The notes: a model not told the origin generated them from the sequence alone. A stretch of 64,000 nucleotides of DNA from Candidatus Multivoradales bacterium (GCA_965223855.1 CBDCXM010000002.1:1-64000); one strand, 5' to 3'; counted from the first letter of the stretch, positions 21,575-31,641 are shown. Translations and numbers: made by a program.

Positions 21575-22489
21575 CTATCCCGCTCTCGCCGTCGCCGGCT
21601 GATAGCTCATTGGGCGGAAGCACCCCTCGGGGAACTGGACCGTGAGGCCCCGTCGAAAGTCTCTTGAAGCTTGCCGGTATTCGAGGACGAACCACCGGTA
21701 CGCCTCCTCGAGAGTGCGCCGCATCCTTGCGTCAATCGCGTGGAAACGGGGTGCAGACGATCGCTCGAAGACCTCAGGTCTATCGTGTGGATGCTGCGCG
21801 AGGATCGCCCTGCGACCGAGAACGGACCTTCCTGTGGCCTCGTGCGCTTCCTCGATGGCTCTGACCATCTCGCGTACCCGTTCACAGCGCTCATGCTTGT
21901 CGAGGTGATCCCAGGACGGGATCGGCGTCAGTTCGAGGCGATGCCTCGAGGAGAAGCGAGCGGAGGAATCGCTTCTGCCACGTCGACGGGCGCGGTACTG
22001 CTCAGAGCGGTCGATCCACTCGCCTTCTATAGGCTCGCCTGACAGCAGAGCGTGAGTGCTCGTGGCCCCAGGCCAGTGACGAGGCGAAGCGACCAGCCGC
22101 TCCTTGACGCCCTGTCCGAGAAGGTAGCGCAGCCGACGCTCTTCGTCCTCAACGCCTTGGTGAACGGTGATGCCGGCATATCGACGGCCCCAGAAGCGTT
22201 CGCTCCAGTCATGCAGCCTCCCCAGCTCGCGGGCGATGTTCGAGTTCACGTAGCCCATGAAGGCGGCCATCTGCTGGACGTCGGTAGGCCTCAACAACAG
22301 GTGGGCGTGGTTGGATAGATAGACGAAACCGCACACCCGCATTCCGTACATCGCCTGGGCGCGAGCGAGCACACCGATGGTGCGATCGCGCGCCTTGGCC
22401 GAGGGTCGCAGGAGGTAGCGGCCCTGCAGCGTGCGAACGGTGATCTCTACGAGAGCTTCTTCGGGTAGGTAGCGCAGCTTCCTTGACAT
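21575..22489 (-). mobile_element. REP-associated tyrosine transposase (RAYT, Y1/HUH family)
   Basis: T-x-R-T motif, YLSNHAHLL (HUH), FWGRRY, Y and W-P-G-x-T-S motifs; codon usage visibly less GC3-biased than neighbours. Confidence 0.85.
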
Positions 22490-22534
22490 CCACAGAAGGA
22501 GACGGCGAGCGACGACCGAATCCTTGCACCAAAG

Positions 22535-22626
22535 AGCCGACTACTCGGCTGGCACTCCGTGCCTGCACTCCATCCCGCACCAACTAGCCGCACCACTCGG
22601 CTGGCACTACGTACCCACTACGTACC
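22535..22626. repeat. REP-like hairpin direct repeats plus an 11-bp tandem duplication upstream of the RAYT
   Basis: AGCCGACTACTCGGCTGGCACT (22535-22556) and AGCCGCACCACTCGGCTGGCACT (22586-22608); CACTACGTACC x2 (22605-22626). Confidence 0.7.
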
Positions 22627-22688
22627 TGGCGCCGGCTGTACCTCGAACGCCTCGCGGTCCAGCTGGCGAGCGGCGCCGCGATGCCCTG

Positions 22689-24377
22689 CTACATCTTCGA
22701 GTAGTTGGGACCCCCGCCTCCTTCGGGCGTGACCCAGTCGATCACCTGGTAGGGGTCCATGATGTCGCAGGTCTTGCAGTGGACGCAGTTCGAGAAGTTG
22801 ATCTGCAGCCGCCGGCCGGTGGGGGATTCCTTGTCATCCACCATTTCGTAGACGTTGGCGGGGCAGAAGCGCTCGCACGGATTGCCGTACTGCGTCGCGC
22901 ACTGGTAGAGGCAGAGGTCGGTGTCGTGCACGACCAGGTGTGCCGGCTGGTCTTCGTCGTGGGCAGCGCCGGAGTTGTAGACGTTGGCCAGCTTGTCGAA
23001 CGTCAACTCGCCGTCGAAAGTGACCGGCTCAGGGCGCTCCACCCGGCTGCCCGGGTCGTCGAGGCGCACCATCCGCTCGTGGCCCGGGTGACTGGGCAGG
23101 CGGTCGAAGATCCCCCAGCCGCGGCCGTTGGTGAGCATGCCCAGACCCGCCTGGAGCATGCCGCCCAAGATTCCCTTGTCGAACGCCTGGTGGAAGTTGC
23201 GCACCGGCCACATCTCTTCGCGGATCCACGAACGGTCGATACGCTCGCGGTAGCCGGCGAGGTGCTCCTTCGTCACCTCCCCCTCCTTGAGACCGTCGAA
23301 GATCGTCTCCGCGGCGAGCATGCCGCTCTTCATCGCCAGGTGGATTCCCTTGAGGCGCTGGGAGTTGAGGAAGCCGCCCGAGTCGCCGGTCAGCAGAAAG
23401 CCGTCGCCGTGAAGGCGTGGCATCGACCACCATCCGCCCTCGGGAATCGCCTTGGCGCCGTAGTAGGCCATCTTCCCGCCTTCGAGCATCCCCGCGATCC
23501 GCGGGTTGGTCTTGAAGCGCTGGAACTCGGCATGCGGATCCAGCCACGGGTTGCGGTAGTCGAGCCCGACGACCAGGCCGACGATCAGCAGGTCGGCCTC
23601 CATGCCGTAGACGAAGCCGCCACCGAAGGTCGAACGGTCGAGCGGCCAGCCCATGGTGTGGATCACGCTGCCGGGCGTGACCCGACCGGCAGGGAGCTCC
23701 CACACCTCCTTGATACCGATGGCATAGACCTGAGGGTTGCTCTCTTCGGCGAGACCGAGCTGCCCCTCGAGCTGCTTGGCGAGGGTGCCGCGCGGGCCCT
23801 CGCCGAGGACCGTGACCGGAGCGTGAATGTCGACCCCCGGCTCGAAGTTCGCCTTCCGGTTGCCGTCGTGGTCGATGCCGCGGTCTCCGGTACGGACCCC
23901 GATCACCCTTTCGCCCGCGGTGAGCACCTTCGCGGCCGGGAACTCACAAAAGATGTCGACCCCCACGTCCTCGACCTGCGGCGCCATCCATTTGAGCAGT
24001 CGGCCGAGCGAAGCGACGTACTTGCCGTCGTTCTCGAGCATCGGCGGGATCGGCATGTTGAAGGCGCGCTCCGGCGTGAACCACAGGAGCTCCTCTTCAG
24101 TGACCGCCCCCTCGAACGGCGCCTCCCGCCAGTTGCGGGGCATCAGCTCGCGAAAGGCCCGAGGATCGACGACGGCGCCGGAGATGGCGTGACTGCCGAT
24201 CTCCTTGCCCTTTTCGAGCACCGCGATCGCCGGCTCGAGTCGTCCGTTGCCGGCCTGCACGGACGAGTTGTGCGCCTCGATCAGCTTGCCGAGATGGTAG
24301 GCGCCGGCGAGGCTCGCCGGCCCCGCTCCCACGAACACGACGTCGAGGTCGAGGACCTCGCGCTCTACGTCACTCAT
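22689..24377 (-). CDS. Electron transfer flavoprotein-ubiquinone/menaquinone oxidoreductase
   Basis: VGAGPASL, EKGKEIGSHAISGA, AKAIPEGG, KGIHLAMKSG, CERFCPANVYE and NCVHCKTCDIMDP motifs. Confidence 0.93.
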   Translation of the reverse strand: MSDVEREVLDLDVVFVGAGPASLAGAYHLGKLIEAHNSSVQAGNGRLEPAIAVLEKGKEIGSHAISGAVVDPRAFRELMPRNWREAPFEGAVTEEELLWFTPERAFNMPIPPMLENDGKYVASLGRLLKWMAPQVEDVGVDIFCEFPAAKVLTAGERVIGVRTGDRGIDHDGNRKANFEPGVDIHAPVTVLGEGPRGTLAKQLEGQLGLAEESNPQVYAIGIKEVWELPAGRVTPGSVIHTMGWPLDRSTFGGGFVYGMEADLLIVGLVVGLDYRNPWLDPHAEFQRFKTNPRIAGMLEGGKMAYYGAKAIPEGGWWSMPRLHGDGFLLTGDSGGFLNSQRLKGIHLAMKSGMLAAETIFDGLKEGEVTKEHLAGYRERIDRSWIREEMWPVRNFHQAFDKGILGGMLQAGLGMLTNGRGWGIFDRLPSHPGHERMVRLDDPGSRVERPEPVTFDGELTFDKLANVYNSGAAHDEDQPAHLVVHDTDLCLYQCATQYGNPCERFCPANVYEMVDDKESPTGRRLQINFSNCVHCKTCDIMDPYQVIDWVTPEGGGGPNYSKM

Positions 24378-24512
24378 GGTGTGCCGCTCCCTCCGTTCCG
24401 GCCGCTGGTCGGCTCATTCCACGGTCAGGCCGCCTTCAGGTCGGCGGGATGGTAGCACGCGGTTCCGGCAGCGACCGGGCCGGAAGTGGTTGCCCGTTCC
24501 CTTCGGCCCGGC

Positions 24513-24998
24513 TCAGCTGTCGTTGCAGGTCTCGGCGGTCAGGTTGTTGAACGTCACCTGGTCGGCCCGCGCCACCGTCACAGCCTGGGCCGGACTCGTC
24601 GTCACCTGTGCGCAGGAGCAGACGATCGTCGGTCCGGTCTCGGTCACGGTGACGACGATGTCACTGCCGTCGCTGGTCACCGAATCGACCGCGATCTCGT
24701 AGCAGTCGTCCGGCTGCTCGCCGGAGCCCACGACCAGCACCATGGTGTTGTCGAAATTGACCGTCGGCGGGTCGGGGGGCTCGTCGTCCAGACTGTAGAG
24801 CTCGTCCCAGACGGCGTTGAGAGCGTCGTTGGTTCGCACCACCTGGCGGGTCTGCGACTCGAGCCCGGACATGGGCAGGTAGGCGATCTCGGTGAAGGAG
24901 AGCTGACCCTGGGGCAGAGTCGGGCTCTCGGGCGGATCGCCGTCGCAGCCGGGGCTTGCCAGGACCAGCAGCAGGGGAAGCAGGAAGAGTCGGCGCAT
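24513..24998 (-). CDS. Lipoprotein with PrcB C-terminal-like domain
   Basis: Lipobox-like SPG-C; PTVNF..MVLVV..GEQP...Y.I and CAQVTTSP patterns. Confidence 0.6.
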   Translation of the reverse strand: MRRLFLLPLLLVLASPGCDGDPPESPTLPQGQLSFTEIAYLPMSGLESQTRQVVRTNDALNAVWDELYSLDDEPPDPPTVNFDNTMVLVVGSGEQPDDCYEIAVDSVTSDGSDIVVTVTETGPTIVCSCAQVTTSPAQAVTVARADQVTFNNLTAETCNDS

Positions 24999-25117
24999 GA
25001 GAAGTCTCCTGGCCAGCAGTATACGAGAGGGGAGAGGTCCGAAGCGGCGAAGCCCGGCACGACGTTGCTCCTCTCACGTCCTCAGCAGTCTCGGCCCGGG
25101 AGGTAGTCGCCGTTGGC

Positions 25118-27025
25118 CTACCCTGAATGGCAGGCCTCGCAGGCGATCGGTGTGCCCGCGAAACGCCTGGCACCTGACGAGGACTCGGCGTGGCAGGCGG
25201 CGCACTCGGCTCTGCCGTGAGCGCCGGTGAGCGGGAACCTCGTGACGGCGTGGTCGAAGCTCACTTCGCCCCAGCCGTCGCTTCGATGGCACGAGGCGCA
25301 CCCGGCCTCGCGTCCGGCGAACTGGCCGTCGTGCGGGTCGTCGTGGCAACTCTCGCAGGCCGGGTCGACCGATAGCGCGAGGCGCAGGTCCGCGCTGCCC
25401 GCCGGCCTCGGACCGCGCGTTTCGAGGTGGCAATCGAGGCAGGCGGCTTCGGCATGCATCCCTTCCAGGGGGAAGCGGGTCGAGCCGTGGTCGAACGTGA
25501 GGAGTTCCCAGCCGTCGTTACCGTGGCACGAGGCGCAGCCACGCTCCGCCACGCGAGCCGTGCCGTCGTGGGGGTCCTCGTGGCAGCTCTCACACGAGAG
25601 ATCCTCGAACTGGAAGCGGCGGGTCGAGGCGAGGGCGCCGGCATTGGAGCGGAAGGTCGTCTCCCGGTGGCAGTCGGCGCAGGCGACCGCCTGATGGCGA
25701 CCCTCGAGTGCGAAGCCGGTCTGCTGGTGGTCGGCGAGCTCGAAGAGCGACGGGACGAATCCCTCGACGGTGTGGCACGAGGCACAGCTTCCGCCGTCGG
25801 CCCGTCGCCGGAACTGTCCGAGGTGCTCGTCCTCGTGGCAGGTCTCGCACCGCTCGGCGCCGGGGATGCGAAGCGGCTGACCGGGCCGGTGACACGACTC
25901 ACAGTCGACGGTTGCGTGAGCCCCGTCCAGCGGAAAGTCGGTCTGCGCGTGATCGAAGCGGTCGGCGGCGACGCGGTTCCAGCCGCGGGTGTCGTGGCAG
26001 TCGGCGCAGGCGGCCCCGAGCCGGCCTTCGTGGGGATCGCCGTGACAGTCGCTGCAGGCGGCGAAGACGACACCGCGGAACCGCTGCGGGTCTCCGCCGC
26101 TCGTGGCGGCCGCGGCGCCGTGGCACTCTGCGCAGCCGACCTGCCGGTGGCGGCCGGTGAGGGGGAAGCGAGTCCGGGCGTGATCGAAGCCCGGTGTCGA
26201 CTGCCAGGAATCGGTCGAGTGGCAGTCGGAGCAGGAGGGGCCCAGACCGCCTCGATGAGGGTCGGAGTGACAGGCGGCGCACTGCGCATGCTCCACCGGC
26301 CGGAAGCGCGTCACCGGTCCGCCTGCCGTCTCTTCGACCGCGTGACAGCGATCGCACTCGACGCGGGTGTGGGCCCCCGTCAAGGCGAAGGCCGCGCCCG
26401 AGTGGTCGAACGAGTCGGCGCCGGCGAAGGAGTCCATGCCGTGACAGGAGCTGCAGACGCGGCCCTCGAACTGCCCACGGTGCTCGTCCTCGTGGCAGGA
26501 AGCGCAACTCGCCGAGAGACCCAGCAGGGTCTTCTCGAGGGAGCGTCCGACGGCTCGCAGCGCGTCGGCGTCGGCGATGTTTTCCGGCCGATGGCAGGTC
26601 TGGCACTCGAGCGAGCCGTGGGCCCCCTCGAGCGGCCAGCCGGCCCGCGCATGATCGAAGGCATCTCTGCCCTCCGGCCCCCACCAGATGAGCTCGTACT
26701 CGCGCCCGTGGTGCTCGATGTGGCAGGTTCGGCACTCCTGGAAGCCGGGGTTGGCGTGGAGGCCACGGCCCGCCTCGATCCGCGCTTCGAGTACCTGGTG
26801 GCAGCTCAGACAGCGGTCCGCGTCGACTCCCTCTTCACGCGAATGACACTGCAGGCAGTTGCGACTGCCCTCGAGCTGCTCGTGGACGGCGCTGAGTTTG
26901 CCGGGCGAGATCTGTGCCTTGCTCGGCGAAGCGGCGGAAATGAGGGAGACGAGGAGCAGCGTCGCCGCGGCGAGAAGACTGGCTGCCGCCGGACGGGCTC
27001 TCCCCGGCGCGTCAGCCGAAGCCAT
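25118..27025 (-). CDS. Periplasmic multiheme cytochrome c (23 CxxCH)
   Basis: Signal peptide (SKA-QISPGKLS); 23 CxxCH counted by hand; repeated FDHxxxxFPLxGxH units. Confidence 0.93.
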   Translation of the reverse strand: MASADAPGRARPAAASLLAAATLLLVSLISAASPSKAQISPGKLSAVHEQLEGSRNCLQCHSREEGVDADRCLSCHQVLEARIEAGRGLHANPGFQECRTCHIEHHGREYELIWWGPEGRDAFDHARAGWPLEGAHGSLECQTCHRPENIADADALRAVGRSLEKTLLGLSASCASCHEDEHRGQFEGRVCSSCHGMDSFAGADSFDHSGAAFALTGAHTRVECDRCHAVEETAGGPVTRFRPVEHAQCAACHSDPHRGGLGPSCSDCHSTDSWQSTPGFDHARTRFPLTGRHRQVGCAECHGAAAATSGGDPQRFRGVVFAACSDCHGDPHEGRLGAACADCHDTRGWNRVAADRFDHAQTDFPLDGAHATVDCESCHRPGQPLRIPGAERCETCHEDEHLGQFRRRADGGSCASCHTVEGFVPSLFELADHQQTGFALEGRHQAVACADCHRETTFRSNAGALASTRRFQFEDLSCESCHEDPHDGTARVAERGCASCHGNDGWELLTFDHGSTRFPLEGMHAEAACLDCHLETRGPRPAGSADLRLALSVDPACESCHDDPHDGQFAGREAGCASCHRSDGWGEVSFDHAVTRFPLTGAHGRAECAACHAESSSGARRFAGTPIACEACHSG

Positions 27026-27920
27026 ACCCGGTCAGGGTGGCCACCGCGATGTGGATGGTGGCGAACAGGTACATCAGGATCGCGAACGGCTTGTGCAGCA
27101 CGTGCCAGTAGTGAAAGAGCTCCTGGAGCTTCGACCACAGGCGGATCCGTCGCTGGAGCATCGCGCTCTCCTCCAGCAGCCGGCTCAGGTGGCGTCGATG
27201 CTCGGCCGGCACTTCGGCTACCAGCGCCCGCACCTGCCGGCGGAGCCGGATACTGCCGAACGGCAAAGACAGGAGCGTGGAGAGCAGGGAGCGCCCGCCG
27301 GAGGCGGAGTCCTTCGCCAGCTTGTCGATCCGCTCGACCACGCCTACCGGAACGGCGCGCTCGGACGACAGTTCCTCCCTGAGTCGGTCGCGATAGCTCT
27401 CGACCTCGGAGAGGGAGAGCTGATCGCCCGACTGACGGCGTGGGAATTGAAGGTAGAGATAGCGACCGAGGATGCCGCTCGTGGCGACGATCACCATCGA
27501 CCAGAAACTCAGCGCCACGATGCCGGTGACCTTGAACGAACTGTGCAGCACGATCAGGAGCGGTCCCACGACTCCACACCAGATGTGAAAGTCGAGCCAA
27601 TGGCGGAGGGTGCCGAGTTTCGACAGCAGCTTCCAACGCTTGCGCAGCGAGTAGGAAAGCATGAGCGTCATCAGCCCCATGCCGATCATCCCGTAGGTCC
27701 GGCCCAGCGAACCGCCCGGCTTGAGCTGCCAGTAGAGTTCGTGGTGGGGCCGTTCGAGGAGCGGTGTGAGGTAGTAGTCCCACCCGTAGACGGTCAGGGC
27801 GGCGAACGCCATCAGGGAAGGGACGTAGAGCGCAGCCGGCCACAGGCCCCAACGTCGGGACGCCGGGCGAACGTCTCCGTCGGGCTTGGTGGACGGGATC
27901 TGTCGGGCGATTGACTCCAT
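27012..27920 (-). CDS. His-rich integral membrane protein, ferric-reductase-like/heme b-binding candidate
   Basis: About 6 TM helices; WLDFHIWCG, IVLHSSF, FHYWHVLHKPF and IHI motifs; overlaps the start of the cytochrome gene. Confidence 0.72.
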   Translation of the reverse strand: MESIARQIPSTKPDGDVRPASRRWGLWPAALYVPSLMAFAALTVYGWDYYLTPLLERPHHELYWQLKPGGSLGRTYGMIGMGLMTLMLSYSLRKRWKLLSKLGTLRHWLDFHIWCGVVGPLLIVLHSSFKVTGIVALSFWSMVIVATSGILGRYLYLQFPRRQSGDQLSLSEVESYRDRLREELSSERAVPVGVVERIDKLAKDSASGGRSLLSTLLSLPFGSIRLRRQVRALVAEVPAEHRRHLSRLLEESAMLQRRIRLWSKLQELFHYWHVLHKPFAILMYLFATIHIAVATLTGYGFG

Positions 27921-28035
27921 TTCGACGACTCGGGCGTTGACTATCATGCGCCGAATGAACGCCACATTACCGAAGGCAGGATCCTGTCGACGCAGTCATC
28001 CCCTTGTAACCCTGCGCAGGGCACGATTCGCCGCG

Positions 28036-29964
28036 ATGAGGGGAAGGCTCGACAGATCGGCTCTGCCGGAGGTGGTGGCGAAAGCGGGAGCGCTCGTGCT
28101 CCTCGCCCTGTGTCCTCTGCAGCCCTCGTCCGCTCAGGAGGCGCCCGCCTTCGACAATCCGCACGGCGACCTCTCCGTCTCCTGCGACGAGTGCCATACG
28201 ACCGACGGCTGGAAGCCGCTCGTCGAGCCGCTCGTGTTCGATCACGCTTCGACCGGCTTCGAGCTCGACTTCGGTCATCGCACCGTCGAGTGCCTCAGCT
28301 GTCACACCGAGCTGGTGTTCGCCAACGTCGGTACCGCCTGCGCCGACTGCCACCTCGATCCTCATCAGGGGGAGTTGGGCTTCGCCTGCGAGGATTGCCA
28401 CGAGTCCTCGAGCTGGGATCCGAGAGTCGACTTCGAGCTGTTCCACGACGCCACGCTCTTCCCTCTGACCGGCGCCCACGAAGTGATCGACTGCATCGCC
28501 TGTCATTCGGAAGCGTCGCCGTTCGAGTTCCAGTTGACCCCGACGGAGTGCTTCCTCTGCCACATCGACGACTACCAGAGCGCCGAGCTCGACCATGTGG
28601 AGCTCGGCTTTCCGACGAGCTGCGAGGACTGCCACCGAACCGATGCGTGGCAGCCGGCGATGATCGACGGCGGCAACTTCGACCACGATCTGTTCTTCCC
28701 GCTGCGGGGCGCGCACGAGGTTCTCGACTGCTCCGATTGCCACATCGGAGGTTTCGGCGACACGCCCAACGAGTGCATCGGCTGCCATCTTGCCGACTAC
28801 GAGGGGGTCGACGATCCCGACCACGTGGCGCTCGGCTTTCCGACGATGTGCGAGAACTGCCACAGCACGACGACCTGGGAGGGAGCGATCGAGGTCGATC
28901 ACGAGGAGTTCTTCCCGCTCAGAGGCGTCCACGCGGTGCTCGACTGCCAGGAGTGTCACGCCGACGGTTTCGAGGGCACTCCGACCGATTGCGTCGACTG
29001 TCATCTGGACGACTACCAGGCGACCAACGACCCGAATCACGTCGAGGCCGGCTTCAGCCGCATGTGCGAGGACTGCCACAACGAGTCGAGCTGGGAAGAC
29101 GCGACCATCGACCACGACGCGTTCTTCCCGCTGACCGGCGCTCACCGTCCGCTCGACTGCGAGGCGTGCCATGCCGAGGGCTTCTCGGGTACGCCGACCG
29201 ACTGCGTCTCCTGTCACCTGGACGACTACAACGCCACCGAAGATCCCGACCATCGCGCCTCCGGCTTCCCGACGATGTGTGAGGACTGTCACTCGACCTC
29301 GAACTGGGAAGACGCGATCTTCGACCACGACTCGGTCTTCCGTCTGACGGGCGCCCACCGCGCTCTCGACTGCGAGGAGTGCCATGCCGACGGCTTCGAC
29401 GGCACGCCGCGCGACTGCGCCGGATGTCACCTCGACGACTACAACGCGACCGACGACCCCGATCATCAGGCGTCCGGTTTCCCGACGATGTGCGAGGAGT
29501 GCCACAACACCACCGACTGGGAAGACGCGGACTTCGACCACGACGCCGTCTTCCAGCTCACCGGCGCTCACCGGGCTCTCGACTGCGAGGCATGCCACGC
29601 CGAGGGCTTCGACGGCACGCCGCGTGACTGCGTCGGCTGTCACCTGGACGACTACAACCAGACCGACGATCCGGATCACGACGCCGCCGGCTTCCCGACG
29701 ATGTGCGAGGACTGCCACAACACGTCGGATTGGGACGACGCCGACTTCGACCACGACAGCCTCTTCTTCCCGATCTTCAGCGGTTCGCACGCCGGCGAGT
29801 GGGACGACTGCACCGACTGTCACGTCGATCCCGGCAATTTCGCCGTGTTCGACTGCACCGTCTGTCACGACCAGGCGGACATGGACGACGAGCACGACGA
29901 CGTCGACGACTACGTCTACAGCAGCCCCGCCTGCCTGAGCTGCCACCCGGATGGCGAGGAGTGA
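28036..29964 (+). CDS. Exported, highly acidic multiheme cytochrome c (25 CxxCH)
   Basis: Signal peptide (SSA-QEA); 25 CxxCH counted by hand; tandem 71-aa 3-heme repeats. Confidence 0.93.
   Translation: MRGRLDRSALPEVVAKAGALVLLALCPLQPSSAQEAPAFDNPHGDLSVSCDECHTTDGWKPLVEPLVFDHASTGFELDFGHRTVECLSCHTELVFANVGTACADCHLDPHQGELGFACEDCHESSSWDPRVDFELFHDATLFPLTGAHEVIDCIACHSEASPFEFQLTPTECFLCHIDDYQSAELDHVELGFPTSCEDCHRTDAWQPAMIDGGNFDHDLFFPLRGAHEVLDCSDCHIGGFGDTPNECIGCHLADYEGVDDPDHVALGFPTMCENCHSTTTWEGAIEVDHEEFFPLRGVHAVLDCQECHADGFEGTPTDCVDCHLDDYQATNDPNHVEAGFSRMCEDCHNESSWEDATIDHDAFFPLTGAHRPLDCEACHAEGFSGTPTDCVSCHLDDYNATEDPDHRASGFPTMCEDCHSTSNWEDAIFDHDSVFRLTGAHRALDCEECHADGFDGTPRDCAGCHLDDYNATDDPDHQASGFPTMCEECHNTTDWEDADFDHDAVFQLTGAHRALDCEACHAEGFDGTPRDCVGCHLDDYNQTDDPDHDAAGFPTMCEDCHNTSDWDDADFDHDSLFFPIFSGSHAGEWDDCTDCHVDPGNFAVFDCTVCHDQADMDDEHDDVDDYVYSSPACLSCHPDGEE
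28678..29760 (+). repeat. Intragenic tandem repeat, 213-bp period (about 5 units)
   Basis: Unit starts (F/V/I-D-H codons) at 28678, 28894, 29107, 29320, 29533 and 29746. Confidence 0.9.
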
Positions 29965-29968
29965 CGAC

Positions 29969-31639
29969 ATGAGCTTCCCGATCGGACGCGTCTCACTCCG
30001 CCGTGGCGTGCACGGGTTCGGATGGGCGTTGTGCGTCTTCCTGGTCGCCGCCGGCGCGCAGGCGGCGGAGTTGACCGTCGAGTACCTGAGTGCGGATCGG
30101 GTCTACGTCGATGGTGGTGCGGCGGTCGGTCTGCGCACCGGTCAGCGTCTCGAAGTCGAGCGCGACGGCCGCACCGTGGCGGTGCTCGAGGTCGCCTACG
30201 TGGCGAGGCACTCCGCCTCGTGCCGCGTCGTCGAGGCCTACGACACGGTGGTGTCGGGGGATCGGATCGAGTTCGAGCCACGGCTCGTCGCACCGCGCCC
30301 TTCGGAGGGCGACGGACGGCACCAGGGAGGCGGCGAGGTCAGCTCGACGACGGTCCCCTCGTCGAGTGCCGCGACCTCGCTCGCTGCCGCGCCGGAATAC
30401 TCGCGATCGGCTCCGGAGCCGAGGCTCACCACCTCGGTGAACGGCAGCCTGTCGGTCGACTTCGAGCAGTTCACCGACGGCAGCGAGCTCGAGCGCGACT
30501 TCGACCGGACGGCGGCTCGGGTGCGGTTGCGGGGGCGCAATCTCGGCGGCACGGCGCTGCAGCTCCGCGTCCGCGGCTCGACCCGCAGTCTCGATCGGGT
30601 CGTCAACGCCGACGGCAGGACGGAGACCTCGACGCGCGACCGTCTCTACGAGTTGACCCTGGCCTGGGAGCCGCCGGAGGGGCGCTTCTCACTGCGCCTC
30701 GGCAGGCTTCGTCTCGGCCGCTACGCCGGGGTCGGGACGCTCGACGGCGCCTATGTCGAAGGGCGCGTCGCCGGAGGATTCCACCTCGGAGCCTTCGGCG
30801 GTTCGCGCTCGGATCTCTCCGAGTTCGGCTTCGACTCGGATCGCACCAGCGTCGGCGTCACCGCCCGCTGGGCGGCCCGGCGTGAGGGCCCCCGGAAGGA
30901 GTTCCTGATCGCTGGAGTCCGGGAAGAGGGGGCGATCGACGTCTCGCGCGAGTACGTGGCGCTGCAGTCGCGCGTGGGCGGGCCGCGCTGGACCTTTTAT
31001 CAGCGTGCCGAGCTCGACCTCAACAACGGGTGGCGTGAGGAGACAGCCGCGAGCGCGACCCAGCTGTCGACGCTCTTCGTCAACCTCGTCGGTCGGATCT
31101 CGTCGCGACACCGTGTCTCCCTCTCGTACAGCCGCTTCGAGCGCTACCGGACGGAGGAGACCCGTTTCATCCCGGAGGAGCTCTTCGACGAGAACCTGCG
31201 GCAGGGTTTGCGGCTGCGCTGGACCGTCGGTGAGTCGGGCGGTTGGCAGCTCTCGCTGTCTGCCGGGACGCGCGAGCGTGACGGAGACTCCGAGAATGCG
31301 ACCTCCGCCGGCGTGGGTGTGTCGCATGCCAACCTCTTCGGGCGGCGCTGGAGCGTTGCGGTCAACGCGCTCACCTTCTCGAACGCCTTCGGCGACGGCA
31401 CGACCGGCCGCCTGAGCGTCGGCAAGCGCCTCGAGGGCGGTCATCGGCTCCGGCTCACCGCCGGCAGCCGGCTCTTCGACGATCTGCTGCTCGGTGACGA
31501 GCGGCAGACGATCTGGGTGCGCCTCGGTGCCTGGTTCGAGCTTCCCGGTGCGCTCTACGGCCGCTGCGAGCTCGAGGCCACCGAGGGCGACGAGATCGAA
31601 GGCCAGCGGGTCCTCGTCGGGTTCGGCTACCGGCTGTAG
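29969..31639 (+). CDS. Outer-membrane beta-barrel (porin) with N-terminal small beta domain
   Basis: Signal peptide (AQA-AE), alternating amphipathic beta strands, C-terminal VGFGYRL barrel signature; directly follows the cytochrome gene. Confidence 0.75.
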   Translation: MSFPIGRVSLRRGVHGFGWALCVFLVAAGAQAAELTVEYLSADRVYVDGGAAVGLRTGQRLEVERDGRTVAVLEVAYVARHSASCRVVEAYDTVVSGDRIEFEPRLVAPRPSEGDGRHQGGGEVSSTTVPSSSAATSLAAAPEYSRSAPEPRLTTSVNGSLSVDFEQFTDGSELERDFDRTAARVRLRGRNLGGTALQLRVRGSTRSLDRVVNADGRTETSTRDRLYELTLAWEPPEGRFSLRLGRLRLGRYAGVGTLDGAYVEGRVAGGFHLGAFGGSRSDLSEFGFDSDRTSVGVTARWAARREGPRKEFLIAGVREEGAIDVSREYVALQSRVGGPRWTFYQRAELDLNNGWREETAASATQLSTLFVNLVGRISSRHRVSLSYSRFERYRTEETRFIPEELFDENLRQGLRLRWTVGESGGWQLSLSAGTRERDGDSENATSAGVGVSHANLFGRRWSVAVNALTFSNAFGDGTTGRLSVGKRLEGGHRLRLTAGSRLFDDLLLGDERQTIWVRLGAWFELPGALYGRCELEATEGDEIEGQRVLVGFGYRL

Positions 31640-31641
31640 CG

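Noticed and set aside
28678-29760. Regularly spaced DNA repeats as a possible CRISPR array
   Set aside because: The 213-bp in-frame coding repeats have no unique spacers, and there are no cas genes
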